Source of the DNA: Clostridiales bacterium | GTDB lineage: Bacteria; Bacillota; Clostridia; Lachnospirales; UBA12420 | DNA length: 64,000 nt | Assembly (NCBI GenBank): GCA_003452395.1 | Contig: DMOI01000014.1 | Coordinates: forward strand, 13,402 to 77,401 | Direction: 5' to 3' | Part shown: positions 25,539-32,955 of the stretch, piece after piece | How positions within the stretch are numbered: position 1 is the first letter of the stretch | Layout of the letters: each line of letters opens with the position of its first letter | Made by a program: the position numbers and the translations under genes | Notes under the pieces: model-generated | Told to the model about the DNA's origin: nothing | What the model saw: the letters and a program-made list of their open reading frames with translations, nothing else | The model's database searches: none

Positions 25539-27092
25539 CTATCTATAATTAACAAACTCACTCATTGAAACACTATCTGCCGATAACATTTCTTCTGTAA
25601 CAGCATCATTTAAAATATATCCTGAAAACTCATCATTCAGGTGCCATTCAATTTTACCTTTATGTTCATACTTCCTATATACTTTTTTAGGTATCGAATT
25701 TTCAAGTGTGCAGAAAAACAAAATATCTTTGATTCGGAGACCCTTTTCAGTAATAACTTTACTAATTTCACTTGCCTCTACATCTCCAGAGTGCAATACT
25801 ACTTTAGCTGTATTACATTTACTCAATCCAACACATGTCCCCTTTAATTTACATTCGCAACATGCGATTGGATTTATTCCTCTTAAATCTGAATTTCCTA
25901 TTGTTCCATACCTTTGGCACCATAAGACATCAAAGAAAGCCTTCATATTTGTTTTGTTAGCCTGACTAGCTAACCATATAACCCTCTCTATTTTCCCAAG
26001 TTTATCAAAGCTATTATAAAAATCGTTTCTATCAACAATTCCCAGTGCATATTGATGAAATGTTTCAATCCATGTGTCTATAGGTATTATTTCATCTTTT
26101 TCAAAGCCTTGTTGTAAAAAGCAGGCAATTACCTTTTCTGAATAGCCTTTCAACTTATTACCATTAGAATAAACCTCTTTAAAAAAGTCCTTTTCCCATG
26201 TTTTATAATCATTTGTAATTATATTTATAGCTGCGCTTGTATAAAATGCTGCTCTCCATCCGTGACGATTAAATGCATCTACCAAGGTATCTAAAGATCT
26301 CTTATCTTCTGCATCTATATCGTTCGTTGCTAAATATTTATTAGTTACGCCTTGCATAAAGTCCTCTTTATTTTGTGGCCAAGCACTAATTTGAGATTTA
26401 AAACTATGCCCTGATATTTCCACGTTTTTTGTAAAGTCTAGATTAAACACTTTTTTCATTGCATTAAATAACCTTTTATATATTGGAAATTCATCTAATG
26501 TATTTGTAGCTATATCTTGGTATGTAGGCAAAAGATAGTACTCTAGATGTTCCCATTTTTGATTAAATTCTACCCTTTCCCCAAATGCACTCATAAAATT
26601 ATATAACATCCTCATTTCACTTTGTCTACCAGTTTTGGGTTGCCAAGCTGAAACAAACCTTATCATTGAGTAGACTTCTTCATAAAACTGACCAAATGGA
26701 ATATAATCTCCGTAAGACAACTTAATGTATGTCCATAAATCTTCAAAGAATGCCTCATACTCCCTATTTCCTTTGCAATATGATAATATATCTTCCTTTG
26801 ATATTTTATGAGAATAACCTATTCTTTCACTTAATTCGCTTTTTAAAATATTGCAAGCAAACTCATCCCCTGTTTCTACATTAGTTAGAACTGTAAATTG
26901 TGCATCACAACAATCCTCTTTAATGTCGAAACTTACGGAAACTGGACAACCAATTATCCGCATTCCATTTTTAACAACGTGTATATACATAATTGGAAAT
27001 TGTGGCAAATCAGTATAGTAAACCTCAATTTTAGGTATCCACTGTAGTGGTACATTTGCTATTGTGATTTTCATTTCATTTTTAAGTTCCAC
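25539..27092 (-). CDS. 517-aa protein with endonuclease III-like HhH motif, Lys/Asp pair and Fe-S cluster-loop cysteines
   Basis: LKGYSEKVIACFLQQGFEKDEIIPIDTW aligns by eye with E. coli Nth [27 protein letters not shown] (Lys120 and Asp138 positions). A Cys lies 53 aa after the Asp, followed by C-x2-C-x5-C (ACCECKLKGTC). The ~300-aa N-terminal region is unknown. Confidence 0.5.
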   Translation of the reverse strand: MELKNEMKITIANVPLQWIPKIEVYYTDLPQFPIMYIHVVKNGMRIIGCPVSVSFDIKEDCCDAQFTVLTNVETGDEFACNILKSELSERIGYSHKISKEDILSYCKGNREYEAFFEDLWTYIKLSYGDYIPFGQFYEEVYSMIRFVSAWQPKTGRQSEMRMLYNFMSAFGERVEFNQKWEHLEYYLLPTYQDIATNTLDEFPIYKRLFNAMKKVFNLDFTKNVEISGHSFKSQISAWPQNKEDFMQGVTNKYLATNDIDAEDKRSLDTLVDAFNRHGWRAAFYTSAAINIITNDYKTWEKDFFKEVYSNGNKLKGYSEKVIACFLQQGFEKDEIIPIDTWIETFHQYALGIVDRNDFYNSFDKLGKIERVIWLASQANKTNMKAFFDVLWCQRYGTIGNSDLRGINPIACCECKLKGTCVGLSKCNTAKVVLHSGDVEASEISKVITEKGLRIKDILFFCTLENSIPKKVYRKYEHKGKIEWHLNDEFSGYILNDAVTEEMLSADSVSMSEFVNYR

Positions 27093-27141
27093 TATAAATC
27101 ACTCCTTTATCTTTAGTTTCTAAATTTCTATGGTGCTATAG

Positions 27142-27564
27142 CTAAATTAACTTTTTTAGTACATCCCAATCTTCTCTAACAAACATTAACTTTACTTTTG
27201 CTGCGTTATCTACATTGTCTTTTATGTATGTATAATAGTTAACGTAAATCTTATATATCAATCTTAATGTATTTTCATCCATATGTTTATTAAATTCTGT
27301 CTTCATTACATCTTCATAAAAAATTGTACTTATTTCTGAAGCTTTTTCATATTTCTTTTGTTCTAAAATTTCTTTAACATTCTCGTAATTTTTACTTGCT
27401 TCATCTTTAAGAAAATTTAACTTAATGTTCATTATTTTTTTCTCATTTTTTATTTTATCGTTCTGTTCTCTTTTATAAAAAATGTAGGCAACTAAATATC
27501 CAAAACTAAACCCAAATATACTACCTATAAACTGAACCAATAAATCTACAACAACTTTTTCCAT
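27142..27564 (-). CDS. small single-pass membrane protein
   Basis: N-terminal hydrophobic helix LLVQFIGSIFGFSFGYLVAYIF, followed by a K/E-rich helical part. Start moved to ATG 27564 (SD GAGGTG). Confidence 0.5.
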   Translation of the reverse strand: MEKVVVDLLVQFIGSIFGFSFGYLVAYIFYKREQNDKIKNEKKIMNIKLNFLKDEASKNYENVKEILEQKKYEKASEISTIFYEDVMKTEFNKHMDENTLRLIYKIYVNYYTYIKDNVDNAAKVKLMFVREDWDVLKKLI

Positions 27565-27582
27565 TGTATGCACCTCATCCGT

Positions 27583-27996
27583 TTAAAATATTTTTATCAT
27601 TTTACCATTCTTATTAAGATAATTCATTAATTCCTCATACTTTTTACTATATGCAAAACTTTGTGGTGGAGTAAACCCAAACTCTGTCTTTAATCTCTCC
27701 AAGGGAATTGGTTCGACCAACTCAAACATATGCAATATTGGATATGCATATTTACCTTTTCTTTCTCCTTTATTAAATTCTACATTTCCTATACCATTTT
27801 CTTCTATCTTATTAGGGTATACTACTGGTGTTTCTACTTCAAATAAATACATTAGCTTCGCCACTGGAACCGTAACATATGTTAGCAATAAGGATGGAAT
27901 GTCCTTTGGTATTCTACTTCTAAATTCATGATTTTTTTTTCCATCTTTAATCATCTTTGCATACTTAGGTTTCAAACTTATTATCACTTCGCTCAT
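27583..27996 (-). CDS. ASCH (PUA-like) domain protein
   Basis: 137 aa. N-terminus ISLKPKYAKMIKDGKKNHEFRSR is typical of ASCH proteins. Confidence 0.55.
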   Translation of the reverse strand: MSEVIISLKPKYAKMIKDGKKNHEFRSRIPKDIPSLLLTYVTVPVAKLMYLFEVETPVVYPNKIEENGIGNVEFNKGERKGKYAYPILHMFELVEPIPLERLKTEFGFTPPQSFAYSKKYEELMNYLNKNGKMIKIF

Positions 27997-28019
27997 AATG
28001 CACTTCCTTTCATGTAAGA

Positions 28020-28048
28020 ATTATAGCATAAAATAATTTATTTTGAAA
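28020..28048 (-). promoter_or_regulatory. promoter TTTCAA-17-TATAAT ahead of the ASCH gene
   Basis: Spacer counted as 17 nt. Lies between the ligase terminator and the ASCH start. Confidence 0.4.
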
Positions 28049-28062
28049 TACTTTAGAAATTT

Positions 28063-28095
28063 AAAAATAGCATATTTTTAAATATGCTATTTTTT
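28063..28095. terminator. terminator after the ligase gene
   Basis: aaaaatagcatat / atatgctattttt hairpin. Confidence 0.6.
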
Positions 28096-28103
28096 ACTAA
28101 ATA

Positions 28104-29057
28104 TTAGACTTCCACTATATTATTTTGGTATATACAATTTTCAGGTAAAACATCATCTCTTAACCCTTTAAAAACAGGCTGTCTTAATCCTCCACTTTCA
28201 GTTTCCTCCATATACTGTACATTACATACAAGTACAGGTTGTAACCAAACTACATTCTCAAAATTGGGAAATTCGGGATAAACTAAGTTCGATGCTCTAG
28301 ATGTTGATTGCATTATTCCATAATCTACCCTAGATATTCCCAAACTTATATGACCTCTATATACAATATTCTTTTCACTGTAGCTACCTATTAAAACACT
28401 AATTATAGAATCACTTTTTTGAAAGTATCCGCACACAATAAAATCCTCATCAATAAGGGCTTTTATTTTTATCCAATCCTTAGATCGTTTGCCAAAGTAA
28501 TACTTGCTATCCTTTTTCTTTGCAACAATACCTTCTAATCCCTGTTGTTCAGCAGCATTGTACAAAGCTATACCTTCTTTTTTAAATACTCTTGAGACCA
28601 CCAAAAAGGGAGTTTCATTAACTAAGTCAGAAAGAATTTTTTTACGTTCAGATAATGGTCTATCCGTAATTTGCTCGTTACCAGCATAAAGTACATCATA
28701 TGCGGCAAAGCAAACAGGTAGCCTTCCTGCAGCGAGAGATATTTTTATTTTATTTGTCATAAGGCTTCTACGCTGCACCTCAAAAAAGTTAGGTCTACCC
28801 TTTTCCATCACAAAAACTTCTCCATCAAGAATGCAACGTTTTTTTACTTGCTTATGAATTGAATTTAATTCAGGATAAGTATCTGTTACTCTTTTATTCC
28901 GTTTATTTCTAAGTTCAACACCCTCATCTGATAAATAAGCTAAACAACGTATACCATCAAATTTTAATTCAAAATAAAATTCATCTGAATTAAAAGGTTT
29001 TTGATTTTTATCAAAAATTAACATCGGGGCGATATCTTTAGTTTCAAAAATATCCAT
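28104..29057 (-). CDS. ATP-dependent DNA ligase (LigD ligase-domain-only type)
   Basis: Motif I ELKFDGIRCLAY (KxDG). 317 aa with no polymerase or phosphoesterase domain. Start overlaps the ku stop (TAATG). Confidence 0.8.
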   Translation of the reverse strand: MDIFETKDIAPMLIFDKNQKPFNSDEFYFELKFDGIRCLAYLSDEGVELRNKRNKRVTDTYPELNSIHKQVKKRCILDGEVFVMEKGRPNFFEVQRRSLMTNKIKISLAAGRLPVCFAAYDVLYAGNEQITDRPLSERKKILSDLVNETPFLVVSRVFKKEGIALYNAAEQQGLEGIVAKKKDSKYYFGKRSKDWIKIKALIDEDFIVCGYFQKSDSIISVLIGSYSEKNIVYRGHISLGISRVDYGIMQSTSRASNLVYPEFPNFENVVWLQPVLVCNVQYMEETESGGLRQPVFKGLRDDVLPENCIYQNNIVEV

Positions 29058-29878
29058 TAGCCTACTACCGCCGTCCTTTTAGTTGTCTTTGTTTTCGTTG
29101 ATGATGATGTTTTTGTTGACGGTTTATTTTTTTCTATACTTAGCTTTAATGCATCCATTAAATTTATAACGTTATTAAATTTCTCATCTTTTCTAACGAC
29201 GATCTCTTGACCTGCGATCTTTTTCGATATCATGTCTTTAAGCTTTTCTTGATACCTGTCTTTGTATTGTTCGGGCTCAAAAGGTTTGACCATTGATGTA
29301 ATTAGGGTTTTAGCCATATTAAGTTCAGGTTCTGATATGTCTTGCTTAGAGTATGTTTTAGGTATCTCTTTTATCTCATCATTATAAAACATCGTTTGTA
29401 TAAGCAAACCGTCTTCCCGAGGTATTAACGCAAGTAATGTTTCTTTTGTACCAAGAACTGTTTGAGCGATTGCTATTTTTTGTTCATCCATCATTGCTCG
29501 TCTTAATAACTCAAACGCTTTATCTCCATTTAGTTCTGGTACGGCATGATAAGTTTTTTCATAAAAAATAGGACTAATTTGATCTATATTAGTGAAATGT
29601 AATATTTCTATTGTTTTGTCTTTTTCAGTTTTTATCTTTTCAATATCGTCTTCATCTATAATTACATACTTATCTTTATCATATTCAAAGCCTTTTACAA
29701 TATCATCTTCTTTTATTTCTTCTCCACAATTACCGCATGTCTTTTTATATCTAACACGACTATTGTCCTCTTTACAAAGCTGATTGAAATGAATGTCATT
29801 ATCGGTTGTAGCAATGTGTAAACTTATCGGTATATGAACAAGACCGAAAGATATTGCTGTTTTAGTTCTAGCTGCCAT
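29057..29878 (-). CDS. ku: Ku protein (bacterial NHEJ)
   Basis: AISFGLVHIPISLH...CGNCGEEIKEDDIVKGFEYDKDKYV...ISPIFYEKTYH closely parallels B. subtilis YkoV. Confidence 0.85.
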   Translation of the reverse strand: MAARTKTAISFGLVHIPISLHIATTDNDIHFNQLCKEDNSRVRYKKTCGNCGEEIKEDDIVKGFEYDKDKYVIIDEDDIEKIKTEKDKTIEILHFTNIDQISPIFYEKTYHAVPELNGDKAFELLRRAMMDEQKIAIAQTVLGTKETLLALIPREDGLLIQTMFYNDEIKEIPKTYSKQDISEPELNMAKTLITSMVKPFEPEQYKDRYQEKLKDMISKKIAGQEIVVRKDEKFNNVINLMDALKLSIEKNKPSTKTSSSTKTKTTKRTAVVG

Positions 29879-29960
29879 TTTATCACCCCTTTTTTGTTAT
29901 TATGTGATGAAATTTGAGTTAATATTACATGCAGCAAACATCTGTTGTGTTTTAAAGTAA

Positions 29961-29990
29961 AAAAAGCAGAAATTGTTTTCTACTTTTTTT
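29961..29990. terminator. weak A/T-rich hairpin terminator after the four-gene operon
   Basis: aaaaagcagaaa-ttgt-tttctacttttt with one mismatch. Confidence 0.3.
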
Positions 29991-30029
29991 ATTCATCTTT
30001 ATTAAAAAACTTGTATATGTAAATTTACT

Positions 30030-30314
30030 TTATTTCTTTTTATTTGGATTTAAATCTATAACCATTCTTTCTTCTTGTTTTTTTAACTTTCTTTCATATT
30101 CTTCTTCAGCTTTATATGAAAATCCCACATTAGATTCTTCAATATCGTCGAAATCTACCGCCCCACCGTATCCATCTAACGCTGAAAAGCATAAGCAATT
30201 TGGTAAATCATCTTCATCTTTATTATCTAATATACTAACCTCAACATAATCATAGCCATCTTTCTCTAATTCCTTTACCATAGACTTTAGTTCTGATACT
30301 TTTACTATTATCAT
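30030..30314 (-). CDS. hypothetical acidic 94-aa protein
   Basis: ORF track. D/E-rich core (ILDNKDEDDLPNCLCFSALDGYGGAVDFDDIEES). Confidence 0.45.
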   Translation of the reverse strand: MIIVKVSELKSMVKELEKDGYDYVEVSILDNKDEDDLPNCLCFSALDGYGGAVDFDDIEESNVGFSYKAEEEYERKLKKQEERMVIDLNPNKKK

Positions 30315-30325
30315 TTTCCTTCCCC

Positions 30326-30694
30326 CTATAACTCATTTGTTTCATAAGGCTTTCTTAGTACATATAAGATATTAGTTACTTGTTCATAATCTCCCACTAA
30401 ATCTTTTGACATAATTATCATTAATATACTATGACTCAAATTATGTCCCATCTCATTTGTCCCCCATATTGTAGGGTCTCCATCTTCATTTTTATACTTT
30501 TGTTTTTCAAACCATCCTTCAGATTCTAAATATTCAATCTCATCTTTATTATCTTTAGCTTTAAATGCTACATTCAAGTAATGATTTATTTTACTACCTT
30601 TCTTGATACCGTTAGTGTATATATCATAATCTGAGTCTAATTTCCACCCTTTTTCACTAAAATGTTTTAGTACTTTTTCAATATCATTTTTCAT
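30326..30694 (-). CDS. hypothetical protein, 122 aa
   Basis: ORF track. 11-nt gap to the next gene. Confidence 0.45.
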   Translation of the reverse strand: MKNDIEKVLKHFSEKGWKLDSDYDIYTNGIKKGSKINHYLNVAFKAKDNKDEIEYLESEGWFEKQKYKNEDGDPTIWGTNEMGHNLSHSILMIIMSKDLVGDYEQVTNILYVLRKPYETNEL

Positions 30695-30736
30695 AATTAT
30701 CCTCCGTATTTTTTCTGAATCCTTTTATTATTTAAT

Positions 30737-30913
30737 TTATTCAGTCACTTTCTTTAGTGCCAAGAAAACAGATAAAGCTTCTTCTATAATATCATTTGTA
30801 TTTTTGCCATGTATAACTGCATATATTTTTGCTTGTTTTAGTAACTCCTCGTCTACTGTTGTAGTATAGTTTTTTCTGATCCTTGTTTTTTCTTTAATTG
30901 GTCTTCCAGCCAT
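30737..30913 (-). CDS. ribbon-helix-helix (CopG/Arc-type) DNA-binding protein, 58 aa
   Basis: Below the ORF-track cut-off. Own translation MAGRPIKEKTRIRKNYTTTVDEELLKQAKIYAVIHGKNTNDIIEEALSVFLALKKVTE*. Shows a beta-strand/helix/helix pattern. Confidence 0.5.
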   Translation of the reverse strand: MAGRPIKEKTRIRKNYTTTVDEELLKQAKIYAVIHGKNTNDIIEEALSVFLALKKVTE

Positions 30914-30925
30914 ATTATCACTCCT

Positions 30926-31306
30926 TTATTCATATTTTCTTCTATAAACTTCTATAGCTTGCTTAACTTCTTTTATTTCCTTTTCAGAATTTTTACCCTT
31001 CATATTCTTAATTGCTATATCTAAAGTCTTAATCATTTCTTTATCAGTAGCAGTTTTTCTGCTTTCCTCTAAAAACTTTAAATCTTCATTTTCCACTACT
31101 CGTTTTTCTATAAAATCTATAAAATCACTGCATTTAAATATATCTGCATCTATGGATGCACCAATAGCTATTAGATTTTCACTCATATCAGAATATATTA
31201 AATTCATTATATAGCTCTTGAACGATTCTGAACGTTTTATATACTTAGTATATATATCTAACACCTCTTTTTCTTCATCTTCTAGTTTTAATAAATATGT
31301 TTTCAT
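30926..31306 (-). CDS. hypothetical protein, 126 aa
   Basis: ORF track. SD AGGAGG. First gene behind the palindromic operator. Confidence 0.5.
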   Translation of the reverse strand: MKTYLLKLEDEEKEVLDIYTKYIKRSESFKSYIMNLIYSDMSENLIAIGASIDADIFKCSDFIDFIEKRVVENEDLKFLEESRKTATDKEMIKTLDIAIKNMKGKNSEKEIKEVKQAIEVYRRKYE

Positions 31307-31318
31307 AGAAAACCTCCT

Positions 31319-31349
31319 CGGTATATACTGATATATACAGTATATACCG
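31319..31349. promoter_or_regulatory. perfect palindrome cggtatatactg-atatata-cagtatataccg (operator)
   Basis: 12-bp arms read directly. Overlaps the -10 of the promoter below. Confidence 0.6.
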
Positions 31350-31367
31350 ATTTGTAAATATTGTCAA
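31339..31367 (-). promoter_or_regulatory. promoter TTGACA-17-TATACT
   Basis: Spacer counted as 17 nt. The -10 lies inside the palindrome arm. Confidence 0.5.
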
Positions 31368-31419
31368 TAGTTTTAATATTTTTTTTACGCAAAAATTACT
31401 AGAGTGAATTTCTTATAAA

Positions 31420-31462
31420 TAAAAAATAAGGGATTAAACTCATTTTACTGAGCTAATCCCTT
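31420..31462 (-). terminator. terminator of the phage late/lysis operon
   Basis: aagggatta / taatccctt 9-bp stem followed by a T-run on the minus strand, 15 nt after the amidase stop. Confidence 0.6.
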
Positions 31463-31476
31463 GTTATTTATCTACT

Positions 31477-32199
31477 TTAAATAAATCCTGCTACCTTATG
31501 TATTAATGCTTGTACATACTCTATTTTATATTCTGATCCTCTTTTCCAATACTCTGGGCTATCTATAATCCCTGCACTTGCAAGTATATCTATATCTCGG
31601 CTTAATTGTGTATATGCTTGTTCAACATATGCTACTCCAAAGAAATCACATATTACTTTTGCTTGTATTTTTGCAATTAACTTCAAATTATTATCCTTCA
31701 GCAAAAATGCTTCATCAATCAAATTATCATGAAATCCATTCTCAACTAATACCACATTCTTGCACCCTACATCCTGTGCTGTATCTATGACTGTATAGTA
31801 GTCTTCTCCTTTTTCTACTGTGCTTTCTCTTATCTTTGCACCTCTATTTATGTTTCCCATTAATGAGGATATTGATTTAGATAGGTTTCCTGCCAATATC
31901 TTATCATCTGGCAAGTCTATGCTATAAAACACTTCCACACCTCTGCAAGTTCCATCATTAGCATTTGAATGCTCACTTATAAATAAATCTGCACCAGCTG
32001 CCATTTTCCCTCTTGTAGTTAGGGATACTTCTTGCGTTGTGTCTTGCCTTGTCAATATGGTAACAAAACCATGCCTATCTAACTCTTGTTTTAAATATGT
32101 ACTTATTTTAAATACTCCATTTCCTTCATTATAACCATTCCTTCCTTTGTTCGGGCAATTTTTATAATGCCCTGGATCGATTATTATTTTTTTACTCAT
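31477..32199 (-). CDS. endolysin, N-acetylmuramoyl-L-alanine amidase (Amidase_3)
   Basis: IIIDPGH...GADLFISEHSNA motifs. Immediately follows the holin gene. Confidence 0.8.
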   Translation of the reverse strand: MSKKIIIDPGHYKNCPNKGRNGYNEGNGVFKISTYLKQELDRHGFVTILTRQDTTQEVSLTTRGKMAAGADLFISEHSNANDGTCRGVEVFYSIDLPDDKILAGNLSKSISSLMGNINRGAKIRESTVEKGEDYYTVIDTAQDVGCKNVVLVENGFHDNLIDEAFLLKDNNLKLIAKIQAKVICDFFGVAYVEQAYTQLSRDIDILASAGIIDSPEYWKRGSEYKIEYVQALIHKVAGFI

Positions 32200-32201
32200 T
32201 T

Positions 32202-32618
32202 TTAACGCCCTCCTTCTTGTTCATTTTTTAATTTTAACAACGCATCCTTTACTTGCTTTGGTACAGGCACTCCCATTTTTGCTGCATTTTCTAGGATGCT
32301 TATTCCTTCATTTGCTATCCAAAAGAATATCGTCCCTGTTCTAAGTGCATTATCTGTACCTACAAGCGCATCTATCTGGCAGGCAATTACTACAACTAAA
32401 AGCATCACCACTTTTTTGATTATGCCTTTGTATCCTATTTCACTTGATAACTCTTTAAGATATATTGCTTTGAGTACTCCTGTGGCATAGTCAATTATTA
32501 TCATTAAGAGCAATGCCTTTAAAAACATATCCCACCCTCCCATCAGCTCACTTACAAACATTCCTGTAGTTCCTGCTAATATTTTTATTGTGTTGAGTAT
32601 TTCGTTTTGCTTGTCCAC
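32202..32618 (-). CDS. holin (Phage_holin_4_1 family)
   Basis: IIDYATGVLKA...LSSEIGYKGIIKK...ANEGISILENAAKMGVPVP matches the remembered family consensus. Confidence 0.85.
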   Translation of the reverse strand: MDKQNEILNTIKILAGTTGMFVSELMGGWDMFLKALLLMIIIDYATGVLKAIYLKELSSEIGYKGIIKKVVMLLVVVIACQIDALVGTDNALRTGTIFFWIANEGISILENAAKMGVPVPKQVKDALLKLKNEQEGGR

Positions 32619-32651
32619 ACTCTCAACTCCCTTTTAGCAAAATAAAAAAGA

Positions 32652-32789
32652 CTAGTGTAAGTCTTTAGATTTTATAATTTCTTGTTTTTGTACTTCTGTA
32701 ATTAGGTTATTAATCACTGCTTCTTCTAGATGTCTTTCGGTTATTTTATCTCTTTGATATAAATATTTTAATCTACTGTACCACACCAT
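32652..32789 (-). CDS. XkdX-like small protein, 45 aa
   Basis: Own translation MVWYSRLKYLYQRDKITERHLEEAVINNLITEVQKQEIIKSKDLH*. Overlaps the preceding ORF. Confidence 0.4.
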   Translation of the reverse strand: MVWYSRLKYLYQRDKITERHLEEAVINNLITEVQKQEIIKSKDLH

Positions 32790-32955
32790 TATCACCTCCA
32801 AGGGATATCACTGCTAAATCGTTTATCATCATACTTTGTTCAAGATTCATAATTAGTAATTCATCTATTTGATCTTGCATTATTTCTGTTTCACTTTTTT
32901 CATTCTTAAAATAAATAATTCCATCTTTTATCTTTTCAATAACCTTCATATTCAC
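32773..32955 (-). CDS. hypothetical phage protein, 60 aa
   Basis: ORF track. Overlaps its neighbours by 4 nt. Confidence 0.4.
   Translation of the reverse strand: MNMKVIEKIKDGIIYFKNEKSETEIMQDQIDELLIMNLEQSMMINDLAVISLGGDNGVVQ

Noticed and set aside
29057-29878. Ku/ligase considered as ordinary chromosomal ykoU/ykoV-type genes unrelated to the phage.
   Set aside because: This is not fully rejected. They lie inside the core-repeat-defined prophage, so they are reported as phage cargo with the alternative stated.
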